Source: Bacteroidales bacterium (GTDB taxonomy: Bacteria; Bacteroidota; Bacteroidia; Bacteroidales; NBLH01). Taken from it: 64,000 bases of DNA. The DNA lies in assembly GCA_050291445.1 (NCBI GenBank), contig JBNKJW010000196.1, positions 3,615 to 67,614 of the forward strand, written 5' to 3'. Within the stretch, counting starts at the first letter, position 1, and each line of letters opens with the position of its first letter. Below are positions 1 to 8,896 of this stretch, one piece after another. Both the position numbers and the translations under genes were made by a program. The notes below the pieces were generated by a model that saw nothing but the letters and a program-made list of their open reading frames with translations, was not told where the DNA came from and did not search any database.

Positions 1-71
1 TAACTTATTATTGCAACACTTTATCACTCAAAATTAATAGAAAATCACATCCCCAGCCCAGGGTTTAAATT

Positions 72-263
72 CTAATGGAAGTCTGGTTTTAAACTTACCA
101 ATAAACTTAATTTCACCACTACAGAGGTTGAACCAAAATGTGTTAATTCCCAGGAGGTTCCTCCAAACCAGAAGAACGGCCTATTTTCCCGGGTTACAAA
201 GAATCTTTTGTTTTCAGAAATTTTTAACAAAGGAAGAAAAAAAGTAAAATCGGTATTATACAA
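72..263 (-). pseudogene. N-terminal remnant of a DUF4038/GH140-like glycoside hydrolase
   Basis: 63-aa ORF. The segment ISENKRFFVTRENRPFFWFGGTSWELTH resembles the conserved N-terminus of DUF4038/GH140-type hydrolases. It then runs into unrelated residues and a stop, with no continuation in the other frames before position 1. Confidence 0.3.
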
Positions 264-319
264 ATTATTAATGCTTTTTTCATGTGTTTTTCAAATCTAT
301 CCTTAAGGTTCTCAATGTT

Positions 320-1771
320 TTACTTAGGCAAAATAGTAACAATTACTCTCTTATATCTCGATAATTGAGGCTCTCCTTTATCTGTAACTTTTAAAATAAA
401 ATGGGCAGTTTCTTTTTTATCAACTTTTGGAGCAGTGAACCCACTATTATGAGCATTTTCAGCACCATCAATTTTTATTAGTTTTTTGTAGCTGCCAGCT
501 TCGGGATAATGAAACCATAGGAAACTATAACTATCGCCATCAGGATCATAAGTATCAAAAGCATCCATTGCACAGTACTGCCCTGATTTTACGGTTAGTT
601 GTTCAGAATGTGTCAGTACAGGAATAGGAGGGTGGTTGGCGTCCTTGTATGCTGCTGTGCACCAGTCCATTCTGGCTGCAAAATCGTTTTGAAAATCATC
701 ACGCCAGCGCCACAGGGTTGCTTTGTATCCATTAAATGTTGCGGTGTCCTGTTTTACCGAACGCCCAAACTCGTTAGCTACATAAGGTGTATAGTTATCA
801 TTGGCATTCGTCCATATTGCCCGGGTCTCTGGCGCTATGGTGACTATTGAGCTGCCTTTTTTAGTTTTCGAGAAATCGGGTTTGTAAAGCTCATAGCGGC
901 CTCCCCAACCACCCCATTCCGGATGTTCAGGAAAATTCAGACCATTTAATAGTAGTGACAAAAAAGAAGGTGTATCACCCTCAACTCCCCAGGAAACATC
1001 TGGGTAAACTGCACCTAAAGGACCATGGTTTTGTTGAATGTTTTCAGCTATCCAGCTATTACTTATGGTGGTATTATCAATGCCTTTTATATAACTATTG
1101 ATGCCCGACCAGGTTGCACTGCCGTATTCATCACCAGGGCTGACAATATAAAACAAATCGGGGAAGTTGTTTCTGATCCATATGCCACTGTCATCCTGAT
1201 CGGAAATAGTATAAACCCTTAATTTTGAAATTAATCTTTTAACTTCCTTTTTGCTTTTTGTTTTTTCAATTTTGTATAGAGCCTGAGCTAAGGTATTAAC
1301 ACCACCCCAAACAGAAATCCACAAAGGGCGCTCATCTTTCTCTTCCAATACTTTTATAATCCAGTCAGAACCTTCAGAATCCTTTCCTTCGCCAACTCCG
1401 TCCATTCCATATTTTGGCAAACCAGATTTTATGAGTTTCGAAAGTGTTGCTACTTCAGGAAAACCTTTTTCGTGCTTTAACAGGTTGGGTTGAACTTTAC
1501 CATATGCGTCAATTATTCTTTGTATTGATTTAGGATTGACCTTTGAAGTCATCCAACATGATGTAGTTGCAACTAAACCCTTTATGTCAATCTGGTTTGA
1601 ATATAAAAACAATCGGACCAGTGATTGGGTATCATCCGGATCTGCCTCAATATCAGTTAAAATCACCACTCTGTTTTTGGCTGAGTTTTGGGCATAAAGC
1701 GATTTGCTAAATGTAAGTATTGCCAGTAAAACAATTGCATATATGATGTTGAATTGAATCTTTTTTTGCAT
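320..1771 (-). CDS. DUF1593 (nucleoside-hydrolase-like, Sde182-type) secreted protein
   Basis: 483-aa ORF with an N-terminal signal peptide (AILTFSKSLYAQ). VVILTDIEADPDDTQSLVRLFLYSNQIDIKGLVATTS is the typical DUF1593 N-terminal motif. Confidence 0.7.
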   Translation of the reverse strand: MQKKIQFNIIYAIVLLAILTFSKSLYAQNSAKNRVVILTDIEADPDDTQSLVRLFLYSNQIDIKGLVATTSCWMTSKVNPKSIQRIIDAYGKVQPNLLKHEKGFPEVATLSKLIKSGLPKYGMDGVGEGKDSEGSDWIIKVLEEKDERPLWISVWGGVNTLAQALYKIEKTKSKKEVKRLISKLRVYTISDQDDSGIWIRNNFPDLFYIVSPGDEYGSATWSGINSYIKGIDNTTISNSWIAENIQQNHGPLGAVYPDVSWGVEGDTPSFLSLLLNGLNFPEHPEWGGWGGRYELYKPDFSKTKKGSSIVTIAPETRAIWTNANDNYTPYVANEFGRSVKQDTATFNGYKATLWRWRDDFQNDFAARMDWCTAAYKDANHPPIPVLTHSEQLTVKSGQYCAMDAFDTYDPDGDSYSFLWFHYPEAGSYKKLIKIDGAENAHNSGFTAPKVDKKETAHFILKVTDKGEPQLSRYKRVIVTILPK

Positions 1772-2442
1772 GTTGAGTTGATTTTTATATTGTTATTTCG
1801 AAATAGTTGTTTTATATTTTGGAAATACCAGCGAAAAAACGGAGCAAAGAATACAAAGATTGTCTTTGATTTTAACTTCTATAGATACCTATTTAATTCT
1901 TATATAATTTAAAGCTAACAGCATATCCATAAAAGTCGATGTTAGTTGTAACCGTCAAAGCTTTTTTTATTCTCAAATCATCTTCTAATCCAATAATAAT
2001 ACCTTTGACTTGTTGGTTAACCTCTGCAAGTTCTTCTTGAACATATCCCATGTAGCGTTGTATCTGACCAACGACTAATATAATTTGTCCAATTATATAA
2101 AAAAAGGCCTGGATATTATTTTTGCCGCTTTATTTTTTCTTCCAGTTTTTTCAACTCTTCCATATCTTCATTATCCGCCTTTTGCATAAAGTGCAACTTT
2201 TGCTTTGCATCTGGTGTATTATAGAATATTATATTTTGTTCTGTTTTCATGTAATCGTTAATTAAAATGGCAAATCATCATCTTTGCCCTTTCCTTATCG
2301 CGACTAAAGTGCTTCTCCATGATGTTTAACAATTTTTCGCCTTACTGTCTGATGTGATGGTATTTTTGATTACCCCGAAATTTAGTTAAAACTTAGATGT
2401 ATATAAGTCTTTTCTATCTAATGGCTAAAGGTACAAAAACCA

Positions 2443-4425
2443 TTAAACAAAGCTTTGCTTTTCCATGGCTATCAACAAAATCTTAGCATGATCAAAAGCA
2501 ATTCCATCTGATTTTAGAACCATATAATTTGTTTTATCTCCGTTTTGCAGATAAATGGTTTCCTTAACTATCTCGGCAGACAGGTTTAACTGGTCGCTAA
2601 ATAATTCCAGGATGTATTCAGTACATTCAGCATCCTGGCTGCAATATTCTTTTGCAGCTTCTTTTTTGGATAGTTTAATTGAGAATAGTTGTGAATCAAT
2701 GGCATCATCTCCAAATTTAAGGTTAATATCCTCTGGCCTGGTAATACCAGTAAAGGCACAGGAAATAATCCAGCCCCGCGGATCGCGTTTTGGTTCGCTA
2801 AATACCTGTAATTGGTCAAGCTGAATTTCTGCAATTCCTGTTTCTTCCTGTAGTTCCCGGTGGGCGGTTTGCTCCACTGATTCGCCGGGGCGTACAAAGC
2901 CTCCGGGCAAAGCCCAGGCATTCATAAATGGGTGCTCGCCTCTTTTTATCATTACAAGCGAATGCCAAGACTTATTCTCCTCATTATTTTCCACAAAAAT
3001 CACAATGTCAGTGGCCATGGATGGCTGTTCAAATTCCCTGATGTTGTAGGCTTTTAAAAATTCAGCTTCACCATCAGGCTGAGTTTTGCTTTTTTCGTAA
3101 AGTTTAAGTAGTTCTTTTTTAGCCTGGTTGGAATAAAAAAGCGGAATAATGCCGTTGATGTAATCAGCTCCCCGGTTGGTCAATACTATCCTGTTACCCT
3201 GCATCTCCATTAAATCCTCTTTCAAAACAAATGCTACTTCCTCTTTAAAATGTTCGGCAAACGAAATGCCAAAGCGGTTTTGAAAAGCCTGCAAATCGAT
3301 AAAAGCAAAATAAAACGCAACCGAAACCATTTTTCCAATTGATTCTTCTACTGGTAAAGAATAAATATCCTGTATCGGAATTTCGTTGTTTTCGATTTTT
3401 TGTTTGTATTTGGCCAGTTGCTTATTAGCTGCCCCCTCGTTGTAGGCCAGGTAGTCAATTCCAAAAGACTGTGCCCCAAGTCCCATTCCGACATAAGGCA
3501 CTCCATAAATTACTCGTTTGGTCAAGTAATCGCTTGTTCCATAATCATTTTCAACCCTGCTAAAGGTGTTTTTGCCAACGTTTGCATAATACCCGTTTTC
3601 AATAAGCAGCTTGTAAGCTAATCGGTATTGACTAATAATCTTGTACAAAGAAACTCCTCCAGCTTCTTTTTCCAGCTTGGTTCCTTTATAGCGGTTCCTG
3701 TAAAGTGTGATGTATTCGGGCTTTAAGCCAATGGCATATCGAATAGTGTTTTCGAAGTCATCTTCGCTTTGGTGCAAAAAACCATACATCAGGTCAATAT
3801 TAAACATCTTGTAGCCCGCTTTGCGGATGTTGCTGGTGGCTTTTTCATAAATATGGGTAGTTCCTTCCCGTCCCAATTCATTCAACAGCTTTTCAGAAAT
3901 GGTTTGAATGCCCATGCTAATCCGTTTGTAACCCATTTTATAAACGGCTGCTATTTTATCGGGCTCGCGGGCTGCAATAATTGGTGTTGTTTCAATGCTA
4001 AAAACGGTATCTTTCTTAAAATCAAATGATTCCGTTAATGCATCGGTGATTTTTTGAAGATTTTCTATGCTGAGTTTAGTAGGAGTGCCACCACCCAAAT
4101 CATAACCAATTATGGGCTTATCTTTTATTATCGATTGATACATTTCAATTTCTTTTAGCAGCAACGAAACGTATAAATCTTCGGTATGATTTTGCACATC
4201 TTCCAAAACAGCATATTCGCAAAATTTACATCGTACCTGGCAAAATGGGATGTGTACATAAAGGCTCAGCTCTTTCGCTTTTGCCCATTCATCTTTCAAA
4301 AAATCAACATGCCTGGATTGATCTTTTAACCTGTATGCTTTAAAAGAGCCTGGTGTTAATGGATAGGCTGTGTTGGCATAATGATGGTATTGCAGACCCG
4401 TTTCGAATAGTTGTTTTGGGTTCAT
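2443..4425 (-). CDS. Fusion protein: HemN-like radical SAM enzyme (coproporphyrinogen III oxidase family) with a C-terminal NUDIX hydrolase domain
   Basis: ORF 2443..4509. The likely start is the internal ATG at 4425 (MNPKQLFETG), which removes the overlap with the upstream gene. It has the radical-SAM CxxxCxxC motif FCQVRCKFCEY and a HemN_C-like region (NRFGISFAEHF...LTNRGADYINGIIPLF). A canonical Nudix box, GGFVRPGESVEQTAHRELQEETGI, lies in the last ~190 aa. Confidence 0.8.
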   Translation of the reverse strand: MNPKQLFETGLQYHHYANTAYPLTPGSFKAYRLKDQSRHVDFLKDEWAKAKELSLYVHIPFCQVRCKFCEYAVLEDVQNHTEDLYVSLLLKEIEMYQSIIKDKPIIGYDLGGGTPTKLSIENLQKITDALTESFDFKKDTVFSIETTPIIAAREPDKIAAVYKMGYKRISMGIQTISEKLLNELGREGTTHIYEKATSNIRKAGYKMFNIDLMYGFLHQSEDDFENTIRYAIGLKPEYITLYRNRYKGTKLEKEAGGVSLYKIISQYRLAYKLLIENGYYANVGKNTFSRVENDYGTSDYLTKRVIYGVPYVGMGLGAQSFGIDYLAYNEGAANKQLAKYKQKIENNEIPIQDIYSLPVEESIGKMVSVAFYFAFIDLQAFQNRFGISFAEHFKEEVAFVLKEDLMEMQGNRIVLTNRGADYINGIIPLFYSNQAKKELLKLYEKSKTQPDGEAEFLKAYNIREFEQPSMATDIVIFVENNEENKSWHSLVMIKRGEHPFMNAWALPGGFVRPGESVEQTAHRELQEETGIAEIQLDQLQVFSEPKRDPRGWIISCAFTGITRPEDINLKFGDDAIDSQLFSIKLSKKEAAKEYCSQDAECTEYILELFSDQLNLSAEIVKETIYLQNGDKTNYMVLKSDGIAFDHAKILLIAMEKQSFV

Positions 4426-4462
4426 ATAATTTAAGCTTTTTTCAAAGTATTGTAAATGTAAT

Positions 4463-4702
4463 CTATTTATCTTCCGGCAAAGCCTCAAATTCCTTTTTCT
4501 TACTTTCAAACCATTTATTCATGGCTTCGGGCGATTCCATCATTTCCTGCATTTTATTCATTGCTTCAAGATGGGCTTTGTCTTCTTTTTTTAGCATTTT
4601 CATGCCATGTATTTTACTTAGTTTAGCCATTTCTTCAAAAGTAGGTGCATGGAATTTTACGTCGCAGGCACCGCCTAGTTGTTTGCAAGTCATTGTTTTC
4701 AT
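4463..4702 (-). CDS. DUF1059 family small protein
   Basis: 79-aa ORF. MKTMTCKQLGGACDVKFHAPTFEEMAKLSKIHGMKM matches the DUF1059 pattern (C..LG..CD..F.A.T.EE....H...H). It lies 37 bp upstream of the rSAM-Nudix start on the same strand. Confidence 0.7.
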   Translation of the reverse strand: MKTMTCKQLGGACDVKFHAPTFEEMAKLSKIHGMKMLKKEDKAHLEAMNKMQEMMESPEAMNKWFESKKKEFEALPEDK

Positions 4703-4721
4703 CGTTTATCGGTTTAAAAGT

Positions 4722-5357
4722 TTACTGAAAATAATCTGAATAGGGCTCGCATTCATTAAAATATTGTTTTGGAGACATACCGGATAGCTTGTTAAAATCG
4801 TTTATCATGTGCGATTGGTCATAGTATCCGCAACAATAGGTTAAGTTTGTAAGTGATATTTTTTTATTCTTTGATTTTTCATTAATGGCATTCTGAAACC
4901 TTACCACTTTTAAAAACTGCCTTGGAGAGGTTCCGATTAAGTTTAAAAATGTTCTTTCAAATTGCTTGCGACTTAGGCAAGCCTCCGAAGCCAAAAAAGA
5001 GATGTCTACAAACCCTTTTGTTCTATTAATCATCTGTAAGCTTTGATTAATTCGTTCAAAATTAACTTCGTATTTTCTTTTTTGCAAAAGTTTTAAAAGA
5101 TAGTTCTCTGCAATTTTTACTCTGTTTTCAAAACTGTCTGCCTCAAATAATTTTGATTCAATCTCGTCAACAAGGTTTTTTTTAATAAATTTAAGCGGAA
5201 TGTTCTGGTTGTGCAAATCATTTATTGGAATATTTAAAAACATTGATAAACCATGTGGTTGAAAAATAATGGAGAACAAACAAAGCTTTCCGGTCACTTT
5301 TATATCGTAATATTCTTTTAGCTGGCCAGTTAGTACCGCATTTTTTCTTTTCCGCAA
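4722..5357 (-). CDS. AraC-family transcriptional regulator, apparently N-terminally truncated
   Basis: 211-aa ORF starting at TTG. The C-terminus carries AraC-type HTH motifs (ISFLASEACLSRKQFERTFLNLIGTSPRQF; LTYCCGYYDQSHMINDFNKLSGMSPKQY). About 60 aa of the usual N-terminal sensor domain are missing, and an in-frame TGA lies immediately upstream at 5358-5360. Confidence 0.65.
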   Translation of the reverse strand: MRKRKNAVLTGQLKEYYDIKVTGKLCLFSIIFQPHGLSMFLNIPINDLHNQNIPLKFIKKNLVDEIESKLFEADSFENRVKIAENYLLKLLQKRKYEVNFERINQSLQMINRTKGFVDISFLASEACLSRKQFERTFLNLIGTSPRQFLKVVRFQNAINEKSKNKKISLTNLTYCCGYYDQSHMINDFNKLSGMSPKQYFNECEPYSDYFQ

Positions 5358-5458
5358 TCAATTACTTCTAAATTGATTTTCAGCAATGAGCCATAAAATT
5401 TTACTGCTTTTTCAAAATTTTCAGTTGGGATTTCAACCCATGAAATTAACTTTTTCAT
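5330..5458 (-). pseudogene. N-terminal fragment of a VOC/glyoxalase-family gene abutting the truncated AraC gene
   Basis: My own translation of the minus strand from ATG 5458 gives MKKLISWVEIPTENFEKAVKFYGSLLKINLEVIDCGKEKMRY*. This resembles the first beta-alpha-beta unit of VOC proteins. It is out of frame with, and overlaps, the AraC ORF start. Confidence 0.4.
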
Positions 5459-5578
5459 TGTTTTTGGTTTTGTTTAAAAATTACAATGCAAAAGTATTTT
5501 CCATGTGTTGGTTAAAATTGGGAAATTGCGACATTATGAAATATGGCCAAAATTTAGTGTTAGGTCAAATGCAAATTG

Positions 5579-5607
5579 CCAGGTGACAACACCTGACAAG
5601 TGCAGGG
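5579..5607. repeat. REP-like palindromic motif CCAGGTGACAACACCTGACAAGTGCAGGG (copy 1)
   Basis: CAGGTG-ACAA-CACCTG forms a 6-bp stem with a tetraloop. The same motif recurs at 12903-12929 (degenerate) and twice in inverted orientation at 52617-52666. This copy lies just 3' of the GH78-like gene. Confidence 0.6.
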
Positions 5608-5617
5608 GGCTGTTATT

Positions 5618-8032
5618 TTATTCAATTTCTATACTATTTTTCCCTTTCGAAAGTAGGTGGGATTTATTATTCCACTCCAAATGAATTTTTATATCATCTG
5701 GTACAAAAATTTCTCCGGTAAGATGTTGTCCATTCTTTTTAAGATTAATTTTTATATCTCCTTTATAATGGGGAAATACAGCCTCGATTTGATTTAATTT
5801 GTCAAATTCAGGTGCCATCTTTAGTTCCTTAAAACCAGGTGCAGTTGGTTCTATTCCACAAACCAACGACAGCATAAAATACAATGGAGATGCACTCCAT
5901 GCATGGCAATCGGAACGGGTGGTAGCCGGGTGCTTTTCGGGGAATGTTGTAAGCCCCATTTTTAGCATTTCTTCCCATTGCAATAATAAATTGAAATATA
6001 AATCGGCCCTGTTTGCTTTCTTTAAAGCCTTTGTCAGGTAGAATGTGAAATAATAGGAGCACCGGGCAAGTGTGGTATCCTGAATAATTGTGTTAATCAT
6101 TTCAACTTGTTGTGCTGCCGGGACCACATCAGCCAAAATGGCCAAAACATTGGCATGTTGACTAAAGTGCTTTCGTTCAGGAGTATCTGCAAACAAATTT
6201 CGCGATTTATCCCAACAGGTTTGCTGAACTGCACCTTTTATTTTTTTGCCCAATTCATTATAATGATTCCGCTGATCATTCATACCAAAATACTCAAACA
6301 GAAAATCAGCTTTTTTTAGGGTATACAAATATTGCATGGCAATGATTGAGGATGACTTCCCATCCATTAAAGGAGGAATTCCACTATCCCAGCCTTCACT
6401 TTCAACCCAGTCAACAAAATTCCAGAACTCAAGTTTTCCTGGCAACCCATTTTCATCAAAGCGGTGCTCAAACCATTGAAGAATATCAAGAACAGCAGGT
6501 AGTTTTGTTCTGATAAACTCATGATCGCCGCAATGCATCACATAATCATGGAGCATGGTTATCCAAATAAGCGAAAAAGTAGGGATAAATTGAGGCGAGT
6601 TACACGGGTACCGGCTTTGTGTTATTCCTATCGAATTTTTCGAATCGTAAAAATCGTTAATCGCTTTTCGCCAGAGCAGGGTATCGCCTGAAACATAATA
6701 GGTTGTCAGGCTTTGCACACGGGTGTCGCCAGTGTATTGCAATTGCTCGTAATACGGACAATCGTAAAACGATTCGCTTGCACAAAGGCGTTGGGTTCGC
6801 CATCCAACCTTCCATATTTTACTGAACATCGGGTTATTTGCATTAAAAACAGCTTTTTCTTTAAGCGGATAAGCCACAAAAAGACTGTGAAAGTTATTAA
6901 GATAAAGGTCTTCATTACCAGTTTGTATGTCGAGCTGTACGTATCTGAAACACCTCCACCAAAGTGGTTCAAAACTCCTGTTCTCACCACCATCACACGT
7001 AATCAAGTCGAAGTTGCCGTTTATCTTTTTATCTTCAACCTCGTTTCTATTTCCTTTTCTGCTGCTAATAACCTCCTCACCATCAATAATATCCGTATAA
7101 AATAAACTTTCAGCATAAGTGAGTTGTATTGCACTGTTTTTACCCTTGCTGTAGTTTAGATGCGGATAGGCATTTGTCAACACTCCGTTATCAACCAGAA
7201 TACTTACTTTGCTGTTTTTTGGAATAATTAAGCTGGATTGTTCACTAATCAGTTTATTCGCATCTGCCTTTGATACGCCGCTGACTCTTCGAACAGACTG
7301 AAATTCTTGTTTTGTGTATTCAAGGCCAGCTATATCCCTGGGGTAAAGGCACTTTTCCGGAAGCTCCCCATATTTGCCAATACTTTTTAAAGATTGTCCG
7401 TTTTCTCCTTCAACTGCGTTTTTCCATAATGGGGAATCAAACCCGGGTTCCTGCCATTTCCAGTAATGATTAAACCCATTAAATAGTTCAGCAGGGCCAG
7501 TTACGTAGTAATATTTGATGTTTTCTATCTTTTTAAATTGATAGGAGGTATCTTTTATAACCTTCCATTGGCTGTTTGTATTTAACACGTTGCTTTCTTT
7601 GGAATTCCCCTGAATAATCAGTCCGGTTTTTGATGAGTTAAAAGCCACAGGCCTTACAGTACCAAAATTCCATATTTTAACACAAATTGCATTGATGCCC
7701 TTACTCAAATAGGGTGCAATATCAATGGTTTCGTATCTCCATTTTCGAACATCCCCGAGTGCGGGCCCTAAGCAAACAAGTTTTTTATTCACATAAAGCT
7801 TGTATCGGTTATCTGCAGAAATATGGATAACGAATTTCTCCGGGATTTTTTGAACAGAAAGTTCCTTTTTGAACAAATAAACACCTTGCTGAGCACCAGT
7901 ACATTCGGGGTGAGAAATCCATTTGGCATCCCAGTTGTTTTCAAATAGTTGCTGATTATTGATTAAATTTTGTGCACTAAGGCCAAAATTTAAAAGCAGC
8001 AATGTGGCGAAAAATGAAAGGGTTTTAACCAT
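5618..8032 (-). CDS. GH78-like (alpha-L-rhamnosidase-type, six-hairpin) glycoside hydrolase, secreted
   Basis: 804-aa ORF with a signal peptide (LLLLNFGLSAQ). It has DCPYYEQLQYTGDTR and DCHAWSASPLYF motifs, typical of the rhamnosidase-type (alpha/alpha)6 catalytic domain. Confidence 0.65.
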   Translation of the reverse strand: MVKTLSFFATLLLLNFGLSAQNLINNQQLFENNWDAKWISHPECTGAQQGVYLFKKELSVQKIPEKFVIHISADNRYKLYVNKKLVCLGPALGDVRKWRYETIDIAPYLSKGINAICVKIWNFGTVRPVAFNSSKTGLIIQGNSKESNVLNTNSQWKVIKDTSYQFKKIENIKYYYVTGPAELFNGFNHYWKWQEPGFDSPLWKNAVEGENGQSLKSIGKYGELPEKCLYPRDIAGLEYTKQEFQSVRRVSGVSKADANKLISEQSSLIIPKNSKVSILVDNGVLTNAYPHLNYSKGKNSAIQLTYAESLFYTDIIDGEEVISSRKGNRNEVEDKKINGNFDLITCDGGENRSFEPLWWRCFRYVQLDIQTGNEDLYLNNFHSLFVAYPLKEKAVFNANNPMFSKIWKVGWRTQRLCASESFYDCPYYEQLQYTGDTRVQSLTTYYVSGDTLLWRKAINDFYDSKNSIGITQSRYPCNSPQFIPTFSLIWITMLHDYVMHCGDHEFIRTKLPAVLDILQWFEHRFDENGLPGKLEFWNFVDWVESEGWDSGIPPLMDGKSSSIIAMQYLYTLKKADFLFEYFGMNDQRNHYNELGKKIKGAVQQTCWDKSRNLFADTPERKHFSQHANVLAILADVVPAAQQVEMINTIIQDTTLARCSYYFTFYLTKALKKANRADLYFNLLLQWEEMLKMGLTTFPEKHPATTRSDCHAWSASPLYFMLSLVCGIEPTAPGFKELKMAPEFDKLNQIEAVFPHYKGDIKINLKKNGQHLTGEIFVPDDIKIHLEWNNKSHLLSKGKNSIEIE

Positions 8033-8296
8033 GGCTTTAAATGGGTTAGTTTTAAATCGGTGATTTTGTTGTAATCCTCAATGCTTTTTGTTTCAATAAG
8101 CTGATAATCAGTGTTGTGTTTGTGCTCTTGTTGCCAGTATATACTTCCTTTTCGCGTAAATTTTCTTGAAGCCCTCTAATAACTCCCAATGCCTCAAAAA
8201 CATCATCTTGGTCTGACCTATTTCCTCAATACACCTTATCTCTTTTATAAAAAATACACTTTCTTTAATTACATATTTGTTTGTAAAACAAGCAAA

Positions 8297-8680
8297 TTAC
8301 TCCAATAGCCTGTCAGCAGGTTCTTTTGCACCAACCTTTTTTACCAGCAAATGAAAATTGATTGAAGAATCTGGTTGGTGAACTGGCATTTCGCTCAGAA
8401 ACAAAGGTTTGTAGATAGGCATATTGTATTCGCTGAACTCTTTTGTTTCGGTAGTTGGGTTGTCTAAACCCAAAGAAGGTGCCCGCAAATACTTCTCAAC
8501 TCCTTTAGTATCCCTTTCCAGCAGCTTTTCTCTGAAACTTTCATGAAATTTTAATGTAGGAATTTCTTTGTAGCTTGTATCTATTTTAAATTCCTTGGGT
8601 TTAAATGTGCGAGGGATTTCCTGTGCTTTTATTGAAAATACCAGGCTAAAACTAAACAAAAGCGTGATTAACAGCTTCAT
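8297..8680 (-). CDS. Hypothetical secreted protein
   Basis: 127-aa ORF with an N-terminal signal peptide (LLITLLFSFSLVFSIKAQ). I recognise no family. Confidence 0.45.
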   Translation of the reverse strand: MKLLITLLFSFSLVFSIKAQEIPRTFKPKEFKIDTSYKEIPTLKFHESFREKLLERDTKGVEKYLRAPSLGLDNPTTETKEFSEYNMPIYKPLFLSEMPVHQPDSSINFHLLVKKVGAKEPADRLLE

Positions 8681-8896
8681 AACATAATTTTTAGGTTCAC
8701 ATATGCAAATATAGGTAAATTTTATTTTGGTGAAACGATTAGGCGTTTTAGGCTATTGGTTTTTATTGGCAAAGATCCCAAATTTTGTTTTTATTTTTCT
8801 CAAAAGCCAACTTTTTTCATGAGTTTTGAAATGAATTTTTAATTTGGTGGGCTACCAGGCCCTAGCAAAACCAAAAGCCACGATAGTCTTGTTGGG

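Noticed and set aside
599-1222. Plus-strand ORFs (599..850, 1025..1222) inside the DUF1593 gene. Similar antisense or overlapping ORFs occur inside most large genes, for example 2555..2921, 3400..4029, 5799..7105, 34272..34601, 41387..41761 and 60540..61286.
   Set aside because: They lie antisense or out of frame within long ORFs that carry clear family motifs. Their translations are low-complexity or Cys/Phe/Leu-rich with no recognisable domains, which is the typical shadow-ORF pattern in AT-rich DNA.
4425-4509. N-terminal 28 codons of ORF 2443..4509 (MKVRKRNLRLCRKINRLHLQYFEKSLNY), which overlap the DUF1059 gene.
   Set aside because: The extension overlaps the upstream gene's 3' end by 47 nt and is basic low-complexity sequence. 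The internal ATG at 4425 gives a typical HemN-family N-terminus.
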